Assembly (NCBI GenBank): GCA_015661645.1
Contig: DQVR01000031.1
Span: 1-32,111 of the forward strand
Source of the DNA: Pyrodictium delaneyi
GTDB taxonomy: Archaea > Thermoproteota > Thermoprotei_A > Sulfolobales > Pyrodictiaceae
Direction: 5' to 3'
DNA length: 32,111 bases
Below are positions 7,243 to 17,361 of this stretch, one piece after another. The notes under the pieces were generated by a model. That model was not told the origin of the DNA and made no database searches. It saw nothing but the letters and a program-made list of their open reading frames with translations. Each line of letters opens with the position of its first letter. Position 1 is the first letter of the stretch. Position numbers and translations under genes: made by a program.

Positions 7243-8400
7243 TTAGCTAACGGGCTCATATACGATGCCAAGCCTGCTAGCATAAGCATAGACGCGCTCG
7301 ACCTCCTCCCGATACACGGGCCTTACTAGTTCAGGCCAGCGCCTGGGATACTTGGCTACAAGATGCTCTGGGCGATACTGGTCCATTATATTCACGAGTA
7401 CTCTATCAAGAGGTAAATTCTCGGCAATCCACTTGAGCACTCTTAAGCTGCAGCACTCGACGTGAGATGGCAGCACTAGGTGTCTTATTATCATACTGCC
7501 GGACTCGACAGCTATCTTCAAGTTGCGGGTAACAACGTCAAAGTAACGGGGCACAGCTGATAACTTCATGGCACACTTGTTGTTACCGTATTTGAAGTCG
7601 GGAAGCCATAGATCTATTATATCAACAAGAATGTCCATAACCTCGGTAGTCATATACATATTTGAGTTCCAAATCTGTGGCACGTTCACGTCAAGATGAA
7701 GTAGAGACTCAATTATGGTAGGTAGACTAGGTGTAGGTTCACCACCTACGTGGTTTATGTTCCGTGCACCGTGTAACCGTAGCATCCTCTGTATCCACGC
7801 TAGCTTTTTAGCGTCAACGACTTCTCCTTGTCTAGGCATTGTTTGACTAATGTCGTAGTTCTGACAATAGACGCATGAAAAGTTACAGCCGCCATAAAAT
7901 ATAGTACCACTAGGTACTAAGGGTGCCTCCTCACCCAGATGGTGGAACCAGCTATGCACATAGACCCTTGAATCTAGTCTACAAGCACCTATACGTTTAC
8001 TCCTATCAACCATGCAGTGTCTTTCACAGAGCCTACATGGATTGGCAAGCATCTTTGCTAAAGCAATGTCGATATCGAGTAGAGAGTACTTTGGCTTACC
8101 TCTAAACTCTTTAACAAATAACTCTAGCGTTAGCTTGCCGGCACGTGCATCCTTGAAAAGTTTTTCGAAGAGCCTTCGTGCTCTCCTTTTAACATCGATA
8201 AGGTCCTTGTAGTCAAGCTTATATGGATCGTCTTCAGCTTCCACGTACTTCGCTATAATGTACTTTGCGGGTAGCTCGTTTATCATGACACCGTAGTACC
8301 ATGAGAGTCTTTTCCGTACATCTTCGTCCAGCCATACATGGACAGCGTCTGGCCTCATTAACTTCCATAGCCTCTCTGGCGTATAGCGGTCAAAAACCAT
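7243..8400 (-). CDS. pflX: PflX-like radical SAM protein (COG1313)
   Basis: CRLCERHC, HLGEEAPLVPSGTIFYGGCNFSCVYCQNYDISQ, VGGEPTP, LPDFKYGN, IIRHLVLP, QYRP. Confidence 0.87.
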   Translation of the reverse strand: MVFDRYTPERLWKLMRPDAVHVWLDEDVRKRLSWYYGVMINELPAKYIIAKYVEAEDDPYKLDYKDLIDVKRRARRLFEKLFKDARAGKLTLELFVKEFRGKPKYSLLDIDIALAKMLANPCRLCERHCMVDRSKRIGACRLDSRVYVHSWFHHLGEEAPLVPSGTIFYGGCNFSCVYCQNYDISQTMPRQGEVVDAKKLAWIQRMLRLHGARNINHVGGEPTPSLPTIIESLLHLDVNVPQIWNSNMYMTTEVMDILVDIIDLWLPDFKYGNNKCAMKLSAVPRYFDVVTRNLKIAVESGSMIIRHLVLPSHVECCSLRVLKWIAENLPLDRVLVNIMDQYRPEHLVAKYPRRWPELVRPVYREEVERVYAYASRLGIVYEPVS

Positions 8401-8463
8401 TTGCGAGACCCCTCGGACACCAGTTGGTGGAACCTGGCTCTCTATTTTGTCTCTCTCCCGGGG

Positions 8464-8724
8464 CTAGGCCTGGCCACCCCTTTCTCTAAGTATACGATAA
8501 GCCTTCCATGGGGGAAGTGATATATAGTACTCCGCCAGTTCGTAGAGTCTTTCAAGCTCCTCTGATGTGGCATAGTCTATGGGTTCTCCCTCGTAGCCGG
8601 CGCGCTGCCATCTTTCATGGAGGTTCTCTACTAGTGCCATAACCACGGGGTCACTATAAAACGCAGCCTTATTCAGCTGCGGTGCTTCCTCGACTAGGCG
8701 GAGTATACGCTGCTTAAGGTCCAT
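8464..8724 (-). CDS. Hypothetical protein (about 86 aa)
   Basis: ORF restarted at ATG 8724 (MDLKQRIL...), preceded by GGGTG. Confidence 0.7.
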   Translation of the reverse strand: MDLKQRILRLVEEAPQLNKAAFYSDPVVMALVENLHERWQRAGYEGEPIDYATSEELERLYELAEYYISLPPWKAYRILRERGGQA

Positions 8725-8835
8725 AGAGCGTTGCACCCAGTATAGGTATAGGGGTATGTTTGCGCTAAATGAGATAATCATATACGTGTCTTTAAAATGT
8801 ATTAGATCGTATGCTTAAGAATTGAGAGTAACGGT

Positions 8836-10224
8836 TTACTCGTTTGTCTTCTCCTTCTTTACGGGGTATATTGCATCCTTAGGCGCTTTGCTGAAGGGCT
8901 CTAAATACTTTCGGAGGACCTTAGGTATGACTACTGTTCCATCTGGTTCCTGGAAGTTCTCCAGGATAGCGGTAATAGTGCGTGTAGACGCTATAGCTGT
9001 CGAGTTAAGTGTATGCACATATTCACGTACCATACCCTTCCGCCTTACAAGCCTTATGTTGAGCCTATAGCTCTGCCAGTCTGTTGTGTTACTCGCGCTA
9101 ACCATCTCTCGATACCGGCCTTGTGCAGGCATCCAGACTTCGAGGTCGTACTTCTTCGCAGCAGGTGCCCCTAGCTCGCCAGAAGCTACGTTCACAACTC
9201 TATATGGTAGACCAAGGCCTTGGAATAGTTCCTCAGCATTGTGTATTAGTTCTTCAAGGATGTTCCAGCTCTCTTCTGGCTTAGCGTAAACGTATTGCTC
9301 TACCTTATGGAACTGGTGGACGCGGAATATGCCCTTTAGGTCTCTATTGCCTGCCCCAGCCTCCTTGCGGAAGCATGGACTTATTCCTATAAGCTTTATG
9401 GGTAGCTCGTCCTCCATAACTTCTTCATTATAGTATAAACCTGCTAGAGGATGCTCAGCTGTGGCAATAAGGTAGAGGTCCTCGCCCTCTATCTTATATA
9501 TGGCGTCCTGGAAGGTCTCCATATCGATGACTCCCATGAGTATCCTGTGTCGTATCATGTATGGTGGCAGTACGAGCCTATACCCCTTGGAGGTAAGCCT
9601 ATCTATAGCGTATACTAGTAGAGCGAAGTCGAGCCACACCAGGTCGTCGAACAGGTAATAGAAGCGGGAACCAGCAACCTCGGCAGCTTTTATAGTATTA
9701 CCGAGTTTGAGAACGTTCTCTAGCATGTCTGCATGGCCAACTGGCTTCCAGTCGAGAAGCTCGTAGTCTACCTTGAATCCCCACTTTTCGGTCTGTTCGC
9801 GGAATGCGTCTAGGAACTCCCGGTACACTCTTGGTCGCCCCCAGAACCTTACGGGTACACTGTATTCGTCAGAGTCTCCTTCAGGGACGGACTCGTGCAC
9901 TATGTTAGGCAGAGATAGCAACAGTTTCTCGCGCTCAGCTTCCACGCGCTTTAGCTCCTCTTCAAGCTTTTCCCTTTCCTTGAGCAGCCTTTTAGCTTCC
10001 TCTATCAGCTTCTTGCGCTCCTCCGGGTCGCGTGTTTTAGCTATGCTACGCGTTATCACGTTGTGGCGATGACGTACCTCGTCAACCATCCGTTTAAGCT
10101 TGCGCCACTGCTCGTCTAGGCTACGCAGTCTGTCAACAAGTGATGGATCCATGTAACGCTTTCTCAAGCTCTCGCGGAGAACCTCTGGGTTCTCTCTGAG
10201 ATACCGTAGCAGGCTCCACGTCAA
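8836..10224 (-). CDS. serS: Seryl-tRNA synthetase
   Basis: N-terminal coiled coil, [48 protein letters not shown]. Confidence 0.97.
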   Translation of the reverse strand: MTWSLLRYLRENPEVLRESLRKRYMDPSLVDRLRSLDEQWRKLKRMVDEVRHRHNVITRSIAKTRDPEERKKLIEEAKRLLKEREKLEEELKRVEAEREKLLLSLPNIVHESVPEGDSDEYSVPVRFWGRPRVYREFLDAFREQTEKWGFKVDYELLDWKPVGHADMLENVLKLGNTIKAAEVAGSRFYYLFDDLVWLDFALLVYAIDRLTSKGYRLVLPPYMIRHRILMGVIDMETFQDAIYKIEGEDLYLIATAEHPLAGLYYNEEVMEDELPIKLIGISPCFRKEAGAGNRDLKGIFRVHQFHKVEQYVYAKPEESWNILEELIHNAEELFQGLGLPYRVVNVASGELGAPAAKKYDLEVWMPAQGRYREMVSASNTTDWQSYRLNIRLVRRKGMVREYVHTLNSTAIASTRTITAILENFQEPDGTVVIPKVLRKYLEPFSKAPKDAIYPVKKEKTNE

Positions 10225-10342
10225 CCTTGTTGACCCCCATTATAGACTCCTGGGCTATACTGCTCTATAAAACTAAGCCTATGGTGTAGGACGGTGCCTT
10301 GACGAGCTATGGTAGAACGTATGAACAGCTTTACCGTGGAAG

Positions 10343-10428
10343 GGGCCGGGTCAGCTGTGGTGGTCCCCTCCTCATACGCTAAAAGGGCGTCGGCTGCCAG
10401 CCTTTTGCAGAGCAGTCACACCCGGCCT
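10343..10428 (-). ncRNA. Probable box C/D sRNA with degenerate C box
   Basis: Minus strand: terminal stem GGCCGGG/CCCGGCC, C-like GTGACTG (10419-10413), D' CCGA (10393-10390), C' ATGAGGA (10375-10369), D CTGA (10354-10351). Confidence 0.55.
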
Positions 10429-10536
10429 CCGAGAACGAGAAGCCATATCAGGTGAGTGATAAACCCGGGGTTAACGAGCTAAAGCTGGAGCCCTAGAGAC
10501 GGTGGCTGTACTATCCAGGTGTCTATCTGTTAGCTT

Positions 10537-10929
10537 TTAGCCTTGAAGCTGCTCATACCTTTTTATCCACTCTTCGACAACGTCGTAGCCGAATAGCTCT
10601 TGAAGAAGCTTGCGGCCCTCCGGTGTTACGCGTCGCGGATTCCAAGGCGTCTCTAAATCGAGTTCTATTTCAACATCCTTTATCTCTGGCACGTTCTGGC
10701 GGATAGCCTCCTCGGCCATCAGAGCTATCTGGCCGGCTACAGGACACCCTGGTGCTGTCAGACCTAGCCTTATTTTGACCTTCCCATCCCTAATATCGAT
10801 GTCGTATACCAGGCCAAGATCATACACGTTTACAGGGATTTCTGGGTCGTATACAGTCCTAAGTGCGTCGATTATCTTTGCCTTCAGCTTCTCAACATCT
10901 GTACTGCCCCCGGGCCGTGTGCTAGTCAA
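10537..10929 (-). CDS. DUF59/SufT/MIP18 metal-sulfur cluster assembly factor
   Basis: VYDPEIPVNVYDLGLVY, LTAPGCP, PW motif. Confidence 0.92.
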   Translation of the reverse strand: MTSTRPGGSTDVEKLKAKIIDALRTVYDPEIPVNVYDLGLVYDIDIRDGKVKIRLGLTAPGCPVAGQIALMAEEAIRQNVPEIKDVEIELDLETPWNPRRVTPEGRKLLQELFGYDVVEEWIKRYEQLQG

Positions 10930-11019
10930 GGCTATCTAAGCCCTCCAATACCCAGTTCACTATAGCTTCTAGCAGTAGAGCGTGTATATTCTTAGCGTCC
11001 AGTAGGTAGCCTGGCTGGT

Positions 11020-11241
11020 CTACACGCTAAATAGCTTGGCTAGAATCCTCCTAGTAATAGCGTATGCCAGAAACGGCGATATGGCTGTAAACAATGCGCC
11101 GACGGTTAGTAGAAGGCTGCTGTCTCGTGTAGCGCCAAGGTAGACCATGTACAGTGAGCAGGCAGCTATTGGTACAAGTATGGCGTTGAAAACAGCCATG
11201 CCTCTTGCAAGTGGTGAACTGGGTCTAGTCACTGTCTCCAC
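11020..11241 (-). CDS. Small membrane protein (2 TM)
   Basis: Two hydrophobic stretches; overlaps the upstream gene's end, suggesting translational coupling. Confidence 0.65.
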   Translation of the reverse strand: METVTRPSSPLARGMAVFNAILVPIAACSLYMVYLGATRDSSLLLTVGALFTAISPFLAYAITRRILAKLFSV

Positions 11242-12004
11242 CCTGTATAAGCTTCTTTAGATAGCCGAGAACGGTGAGCACCTTAGACCTGGCAGTATCG
11301 CAGTCTGGCGCGGAAGCCATAACCTTCACGTCTATGATGGGGTTATCTACTTCGTGTCCCTTTGGGTGGCTCTTAATGTAGCAATCGCTGCACAGCTTAG
11401 AGGCTTTTCTAAGCAGTGGTGCTAGTGACGATTCGGGGACACCCTCAATAGTTATACCTTCCTCAGCTACGCATAGTTCTGGGAGGATGTGGGCTAGCCT
11501 ATTGAGGGCTATCTTTAGCATAGCCTCCATCTCGCTAGGGACACCGGGCAGAACCACTATATGAGAGCCTGAATAGTTGATATAGGCGCCAGGTGCAGCC
11601 CCTACTGGGTTAGGTACGGGCTCGGCACCAAGAGGAAGATAAGCCATTTTCAAACGCTCTCTAGTAAGTTGGAGACCTCTTTTACGGTAGAAGGCTTCAA
11701 CCATTTCTAGTGCAGCTTTATTCAGAACCAATGGCGCGTTTATGGCTGCTGCTACTGCCTCCATAGTAATGTCGTCGTCCGTGGGTCCGAGGCCTCCTGT
11801 CGTTACAACTATGTCGGCGTAACCTACAGCCTCCCGTACAGATGTGGCTATATCGTCGAGATAGTCCCCAACAACCACTATACGCTTTACAATAACACCT
11901 CTAAGCATGAGTTCTCGAGCTATTACGGTAGCATTAGTGTTAGTTATTCTCCCTATGAGCAGCTCGTTTCCTATATTCACTACCCATGCATGGGGGCGGT
12001 ACAC
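11225..12004 (-). CDS. cinA: CinA N-terminal / molybdopterin-binding domain protein (COG1058, predicted nucleotide pyrophosphatase)
   Basis: IGNELLIG, VGD, TTGGLGPTDDDIT, NPVGAAPG, LPGVPSEM, IKSHPKG. Confidence 0.88.
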   Translation of the reverse strand: MYRPHAWVVNIGNELLIGRITNTNATVIARELMLRGVIVKRIVVVGDYLDDIATSVREAVGYADIVVTTGGLGPTDDDITMEAVAAAINAPLVLNKAALEMVEAFYRKRGLQLTRERLKMAYLPLGAEPVPNPVGAAPGAYINYSGSHIVVLPGVPSEMEAMLKIALNRLAHILPELCVAEEGITIEGVPESSLAPLLRKASKLCSDCYIKSHPKGHEVDNPIIDVKVMASAPDCDTARSKVLTVLGYLKKLIQGGDSD

Positions 12005-12049
12005 TGGACGCTACCCTAAAACCCCCGTAGGAGAGGTGGTATACAACAC

Positions 12050-12122
12050 GCGCGCCGCCCCCCAGACAGCCCCGCGGCACGGGGCGTGGATGAAGGTCCG
12101 GGGACTTGCCTCCCGCAATCCT
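12050..12122 (+). ncRNA. K-turn hairpin RNA with 3' 16S-antisense guide (atypical H/ACA-like candidate)
   Basis: CCCCCCA-GA (12058-12066), stem CA-GCCCCG/CGGGGC-G-TG, GAT bulge, GA-AGG..GGGG. 12103-12116 GACTTGCCTCCCGC is complementary (one GU) to recalled 16S GCGGGGGGCAAGUC(U). Confidence 0.55.
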
Positions 12123-12302
12123 ATCTAGACGATTATAGAGCATCAATAGGGTAGACGTATAGAAGGACAGCCTATGCAGGCAATGTAGTGCTCGAGCAGT
12201 AGCCCGCAGGAAGGAGCTATGTTCTATCGACTAATGGAGAATTGGTAATTAAGCTGGTGCAATAGCATCTATAAAAGAGTAAAAGTGTGCTGGAATGTGA
12301 GG

Positions 12303-13619
12303 CTAGTAGAGCAGGTACAGTTTGCCGTCCTCTATCGTGTCTATATCGAAGCAGTAATGTACCTTCGTATACTCCTTCCTATAAGCTTTAACCTCTTCTG
12401 CAACCCTCCTAGGGTCTTCGCCGTCAATTAGTATCCTCCTCATGAACCTTGCTATGTCCTTCATATTGTCTTCATTCATGCCGTATCTCGTCATCTCCTG
12501 GACGCCTAGCCGTAGGCCGCTAGGATCCTTTATGGCGTCTGGTGGGTCGTAGGGCAGCAGGTTCTTGTTAACTATTATATTAGCCTCCTCAAGCAGCTTT
12601 GCTGCCTTTGCGCCGCCGCCCTGGGGGCGGACGTCGAGTACGACCTGGTGGCTCTTAGTATAGCCCAAATGCTCCCCGAGCACCTTAAAGCCTTCAGCAG
12701 CTAGCGCTTCTGCTAGCGCCTTAGCGTTGCGGATTATCTGGTCTGCATAGGCCTCTCCGAAGTATTTCATCTCGACAGCAGTTACTGCTAGAGCAGGAAG
12801 GCGGTGCAGATGGTGGTTGCTGACAAAGTATGGGAACACGGCACGTGATATAGGCTTGTAGAGGCTCTCATCGCGTGTAACTATTACGCCGCCCTGAGGC
12901 CCGGGAAATGTTTTGTGTGTTGACGCGGTTAGTATGTCTGCACCGTGGTCTAGGGGGTTGCGCCACCTTTTGCCAACTATGAGTCCTAGTACGTGAGCTG
13001 CGTCATATACAAGCTTTGCACCAGCACTGTGTGCTGCATGAGCTATCTCTTTCACGGGATGGGGGAATAAGTACACACTGGCGCCGAGAACGACGAAGCT
13101 CGGCTTTACCTCCTCTATCAGCTTAACGGCGCGGTCAACGTCGATGTTCATTTGCTCGTGGTCGTATGGCATCTCTATATGCTCTATACACAGCGCGCCA
13201 AGTGTGCCAAACTTTGTATGACTTACATGTGCGCCGGCTTGAACAGGAGCTATGACCGCCTTGGAGCCGCACTTGCCGAGGACTCGGAAAACTGATGCAT
13301 TAGCAGTCGTGCCGCTTATTGGTCTTGGGTCCACATAGTCGGCTTGGAGGAGTTCGCCCATGAGCTTCATTACTCTTACTTCAATCTCGTCAACATACCG
13401 TGTACCCTGGTAGTAGCGCTTGAATGGCTTACCTTCGGCGTAGCGGTGCATCATGTCAGATAGGTACGCGGAGGTAGCCAGAGGGCTCATGGCATTCTCG
13501 CTTGCGATCAAGTTTATAGTCTCGTACTTTCTCCAGCGGTTGTGCCGTCTAGTAATGCTTAGTATATCTCTAAGCTCCTCTGGTAGGAGACTGAGCTTAT
13601 TCTCCCAATAGTCTTGCAA
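12303..13619 (-). CDS. glyA: Serine hydroxymethyltransferase
   Basis: [49 protein letters not shown]; start reassigned to TTG 13619 after GGTG. Confidence 0.96.
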   Translation of the reverse strand: MQDYWENKLSLLPEELRDILSITRRHNRWRKYETINLIASENAMSPLATSAYLSDMMHRYAEGKPFKRYYQGTRYVDEIEVRVMKLMGELLQADYVDPRPISGTTANASVFRVLGKCGSKAVIAPVQAGAHVSHTKFGTLGALCIEHIEMPYDHEQMNIDVDRAVKLIEEVKPSFVVLGASVYLFPHPVKEIAHAAHSAGAKLVYDAAHVLGLIVGKRWRNPLDHGADILTASTHKTFPGPQGGVIVTRDESLYKPISRAVFPYFVSNHHLHRLPALAVTAVEMKYFGEAYADQIIRNAKALAEALAAEGFKVLGEHLGYTKSHQVVLDVRPQGGGAKAAKLLEEANIIVNKNLLPYDPPDAIKDPSGLRLGVQEMTRYGMNEDNMKDIARFMRRILIDGEDPRRVAEEVKAYRKEYTKVHYCFDIDTIEDGKLYLLY

Positions 13620-13703
13620 GACTGGCCGGCACCAGGTTAGTCCACCACATAGCATCTAGGGGGTAAATAGAGCCCTTCCACAGCAAGTTCTACGGGGAGC
13701 ACA

Positions 13704-13967
13704 TCAGATTTTGACGTGTGAGACAGCTTGTCCAGTAGCATCTAGCACTCGGCGAGCCTTCTCTACGGCTTGCTCTACTATGTCGTAGGTAACCGGTACT
13801 CCAACCTCGTCCTCGTAGCGGCGTAGAAGCCAGTAGGCATCTATAGTATCTTTCCACTCGTTCATGTGTTCTACAAGTATCTCTGCTGCCCGCTCGGCTG
13901 CTAATATTAACCTCTCATCAATATAGTCCTTGTCTGAATGCTGCGTCGTATTCATAGGCGTGTACAC
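13704..13967 (-). CDS. Hypothetical protein
   Basis: 87-aa helical-looking ORF with GGGGG upstream of its start. Confidence 0.7.
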   Translation of the reverse strand: MYTPMNTTQHSDKDYIDERLILAAERAAEILVEHMNEWKDTIDAYWLLRRYEDEVGVPVTYDIVEQAVEKARRVLDATGQAVSHVKI

Positions 13968-14162
13968 CCCCAGTAGTTGTTTCTTGTTACACTCTATTTG
14001 GTGTTACCCTACGTAAAGTGTACTACCGGATTAGAATGGTATCTTCCGCCGTATCCTGTCCCGTTAACAGCCTATACTCTATGGTTGAGTTGGCTCGGGT
14101 TACCAGGCTGTAGTGGCTTAAGTGGCCCGCAGAGGCTGGAATAGTTGCGCTGGGGTCTCTCC

Positions 14163-14591
14163 GTGTCTGCCGCAGCAGACGTCGGGGTAGCCGTAGCAGT
14201 CCACGAAGCTGGTATACCACTCGAGATGGAGGCGGTATTCACAGCGGATGTCGAAATAATGATATATGGGGCGCTTGATGCAGCCACGGAAGAGCTTATA
14301 GAAAATGCACGCAAAGCGGCCAAAATTCTAAGAGAAGAGTACGGTATCGAAGCCATCGTGGTTCCAAACACGGTATACTGGGATGTATCTCATGTAGGTG
14401 TGTTTACTCCGTACAGCATACCCGTGCTGGTTATAAATGGTAGGGAAATAGCAGAGGGCCGCGTCCTAAAAGTGGAGGAAATAGTTGATGTAGCGCTTTC
14501 GCTTCTTGGATACAATAGTGATAGGTCTTCCGGGCTACCCGTACTCAAGAACGGAGATGACACAGTCAATGCTGTAGCATCTACGTGGTAG
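14163..14591 (+). CDS. Thioredoxin-like fold protein lacking CxxC (hypothetical)
   Basis: SIPVLVINGREIAEGRV resembles the thioredoxin/glutaredoxin cis-Pro region; no Cys; start uncertain (14145/14163/14226). Confidence 0.6.
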   Translation: MSAAADVGVAVAVHEAGIPLEMEAVFTADVEIMIYGALDAATEELIENARKAAKILREEYGIEAIVVPNTVYWDVSHVGVFTPYSIPVLVINGREIAEGRVLKVEEIVDVALSLLGYNSDRSSGLPVLKNGDDTVNAVASTW

Positions 14592-15461
14592 CCGGTATAT
14601 ACTAGCGTCAAACTTTTCTTCAAAACTGTCTTTACATAATCCATATCCTCCGCGGGCTATCTCATCCCTCTTCTCCAGTATACATGACACAGCTGTGGCG
14701 GCCCCCAGCACGGAGCGTTCTAATCCATATCCTTTCCAAATACCGTAGAGAACTAGTGTTGAGAACATATCCCCAGCACCGGTAGGAATCATATTCACGC
14801 TCCGAGGCCTAGTGACGAAGCTATAGCCTCTATACAGTACAAGTGCGCCTCTAGGCCCATCAGTAATCATTATGGTAATATGGTTTGAGTTGGAACTGTA
14901 TCTGAATAGTCTATCCAGGGCTATGAAATCCGGTATATCCTCCAAACTAGCTTTAATAGCTACGAAATTGTCGGCTTTTTCGACTTGCTCTACAAGAGCT
15001 AGGACGTTCTCACTAAACGTCGTAACTCCCTCATCATAATAAAGACGGCTAAATCCTTGAACATCCAAAATGGCTAGGCTGTAGTGGCTTAGCAGCCTGG
15101 CGGCATTATCAATATCGAGTTCGGCGAGGACAGGTGATATGAGTGCTGCACTGCCTTTCGGGTCTTCAAACCCTATCTTATAGAGGCTAAGAGGCTTCAG
15201 CTTGCGGCCTGTATTTTTCTCCTCTAGCACGAACACTGTAGCGCACTCCGGAATAGTGGCCAGCGTATCGGTCTCCATGCACCACTCTATCCTAAGATAC
15301 CATTCTACGTCCATACACGTATCGTATGGTAGCCTAACTCTAGCATCCGAGGCACCAACAGCATAAAGTGCTAGCCTGGCATAATAGGCGGGGCCGCCCC
15401 TACACAGACGACCGTTAATGATATCTAATGTGGGGGAGGAAAAGACATCGAGAACAAACAT
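14535..15461 (-). CDS. PfkB/ribokinase family carbohydrate kinase
   Basis: GGPAYYA, LDVQGFSR, ITDGPRGA, PTGAGDMF signature. Confidence 0.85.
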   Translation of the reverse strand: MFVLDVFSSPTLDIINGRLCRGGPAYYARLALYAVGASDARVRLPYDTCMDVEWYLRIEWCMETDTLATIPECATVFVLEEKNTGRKLKPLSLYKIGFEDPKGSAALISPVLAELDIDNAARLLSHYSLAILDVQGFSRLYYDEGVTTFSENVLALVEQVEKADNFVAIKASLEDIPDFIALDRLFRYSSNSNHITIMITDGPRGALVLYRGYSFVTRPRSVNMIPTGAGDMFSTLVLYGIWKGYGLERSVLGAATAVSCILEKRDEIARGGYGLCKDSFEEKFDASIYRLPRRCYSIDCVISVLEYG

Positions 15462-15463
15462 TG

Positions 15464-15712
15464 TTACTCCTCTTCCTCTTCCTCCTCCGGCTCTGTTGTG
15501 GGCGCAGCTACTTGGATCCGTTGGGCTTTTGAAGTATGTGCAAATAGATGATTTATAAGATCGCGGGGGTTAAAGAAGTATGAAGCTCTATCACCGACGC
15601 CGCAAATCGGACATGCTAATAGTTTTGTGATACGGTCTTGGAGAGCCTTTACGCGTATACCCTCAACGTCTATTACTACTTCTTCCCATTTAGGATCCCA
15701 TTGGAGAGACAT
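15464..15712 (-). CDS. pbp1: PolB1-binding protein 1 (PBP1) homolog: C2H2-type zinc finger with acidic tail
   Basis: W-x-PKW...D-x-IT-K-L-x-x-CPIC...YFFN-x-x-DL-x-x-HL-x-AH plus poly-Glu tail, matching my recollection of Sulfolobus PBP1 (SSO0150). Confidence 0.72.
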   Translation of the reverse strand: MSLQWDPKWEEVVIDVEGIRVKALQDRITKLLACPICGVGDRASYFFNPRDLINHLFAHTSKAQRIQVAAPTTEPEEEEEEE

Positions 15713-15811
15713 AAGGCGTCACCCTTGACATAGTTTGCACAGCACGTTTAGTGGAAAGAGCTATAGCCGGAATAAGAGCAACAGAATATTTAATTACTGT
15801 AAACAGATCGC

Positions 15812-17167
15812 CTACTTTCCTATCTTTGCCTCAAACTCGTTTATCAGTGCATCTACGCTTCTAACCCACTCTCTTAGCCTGGCGGGCTTCTCCGGATACT
15901 CCATATATAGCTGCTTTATACGTTTCATATAGTCTGCTACCAGCTTTAGTTTAGCTAGCAGACTGGGCTTCTGTAGACCACGTAGGACTATCATAGCCTT
16001 TTCTACTACTGATACATTTAGATCACCCCTACTGCTTGTATAGTACACGTCTTGCTCAGGTATTAGGCGCTTCTCCATTCCAAATCTTATCTCATCGTTA
16101 CTAAGCCTCTGCAGGAACCTCCTAAATACATCGAGTGCTGCTTGTTTGCCACCCACGTCTTTCATATAGCGCACGTTTAGCCCCCACAGCCCTTGTTCGC
16201 TGAAGTCATTACGGTTGTATGCCTCCTCTACAGCCAGCGTAGCATAGTATGCAGCTCTAAATGCATAGCCCATGCCTCCCCCGTGTACCGGGTTTACAGT
16301 ATAGCCTGCATCACCAATAACTAGTATACCTGGCCCTACAAGTGTGTTCGACGGACGACGTGTAGGTAGTGGTGCGCCAGCGGCCTTTACCACGTGGTAT
16401 GGACGCTGCATGAGTGGATGTTTTAACAGCTTCTCGCGGTACAATGTCATAGGATTCGGATACCCCATGCCACCCTGTACGCCCAGGCCAACGTTCACGC
16501 TATAACGTGACTCTGGGAAGTACCACCAGTACCCACCTGGAGCAACATTCTGGTCTAGGTAAATCCTTATAATGTTTGGCTCTTCGACCTCGTAGTCCTC
16601 GTACTCTATGATCTCTCTATAGGCTATGTTCATATCCCTGGGATGTATATCCTCGTATATAAACCAATTGCGAGGTAGTCGTGCTCTTATAGCTCGTGAG
16701 AACCCCGTAGCTTCTATCACCACATCTGCGTAGACCTCTTTCACCTGGTCTCCGAGCTGCATCTGCACGCCGGCTACTTTCCCGTCCCTGATAATAGGGG
16801 CAATGATTCTTGCGCCAAAGTAGGCCTCGGCGCCGCTAGAAGATGCTTCGTCGATGATCCATTTGCCAAAACGAGTTCTATCAATAATGTAGCCTTCGCC
16901 GTATACCCGATACCTTGTCGTCTCGCCGGGTGAATATATATCTATAGCAGCGACTTTATTTTTTACTACGTGGTTCGGTGGATCAGGTAGCCCAGCCTCC
17001 CGTGGATGATGTGCGCCCAGAGCGTCTCCACATGGCTTGCCCCATACATCTTCTGGTTTCCTCATATCGAAACCTGCTACGCTAAATCCCTTCTTCGCAA
17101 GATGCCAGAGGGCGACACTCCCAGCAGGACCTAGGCCAGCTATAACTACATCGTACTTAGCGCGCAT
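15812..17167 (-). CDS. Digeranylgeranylglycerophospholipid reductase (geranylgeranyl reductase family)
   Basis: VIAGLGPAGS FAD motif, KPCGD, PGGYWWYFP, GDAGYTVNPVHGGGM; start reassigned to ATG 17167. Confidence 0.92.
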   Translation of the reverse strand: MRAKYDVVIAGLGPAGSVALWHLAKKGFSVAGFDMRKPEDVWGKPCGDALGAHHPREAGLPDPPNHVVKNKVAAIDIYSPGETTRYRVYGEGYIIDRTRFGKWIIDEASSSGAEAYFGARIIAPIIRDGKVAGVQMQLGDQVKEVYADVVIEATGFSRAIRARLPRNWFIYEDIHPRDMNIAYREIIEYEDYEVEEPNIIRIYLDQNVAPGGYWWYFPESRYSVNVGLGVQGGMGYPNPMTLYREKLLKHPLMQRPYHVVKAAGAPLPTRRPSNTLVGPGILVIGDAGYTVNPVHGGGMGYAFRAAYYATLAVEEAYNRNDFSEQGLWGLNVRYMKDVGGKQAALDVFRRFLQRLSNDEIRFGMEKRLIPEQDVYYTSSRGDLNVSVVEKAMIVLRGLQKPSLLAKLKLVADYMKRIKQLYMEYPEKPARLREWVRSVDALINEFEAKIGK

Positions 17168-17361
17168 TAGCAACGCCCCACTTGTAATACCGTGTAGATT
17201 GTTTAGACACGATGAAGGGGGACTTTTATGCGGCTCTATAGGCGGCAGTGCAAACACCACTAGAGTAGTCGGACAAACGTAGTGCATGGCGATTGGGTGT
17301 CTAAGAGTATTAATAGGGCAAGAATGCACACTTACACTATGTAACAGTGGAGGGTTGGGCC

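Noticed and set aside
10299-10324. TTGACGA...ATGA half C/D motif
   Set aside because: No second box pair or terminal stem
17203-17304. TTAGACAC/GTGTCTAA inverted repeat and a C-box-like CGATGA between the reductase and hsp20
   Set aside because: 8-bp arms about 86 nt apart can occur by chance; no D box at a suitable distance
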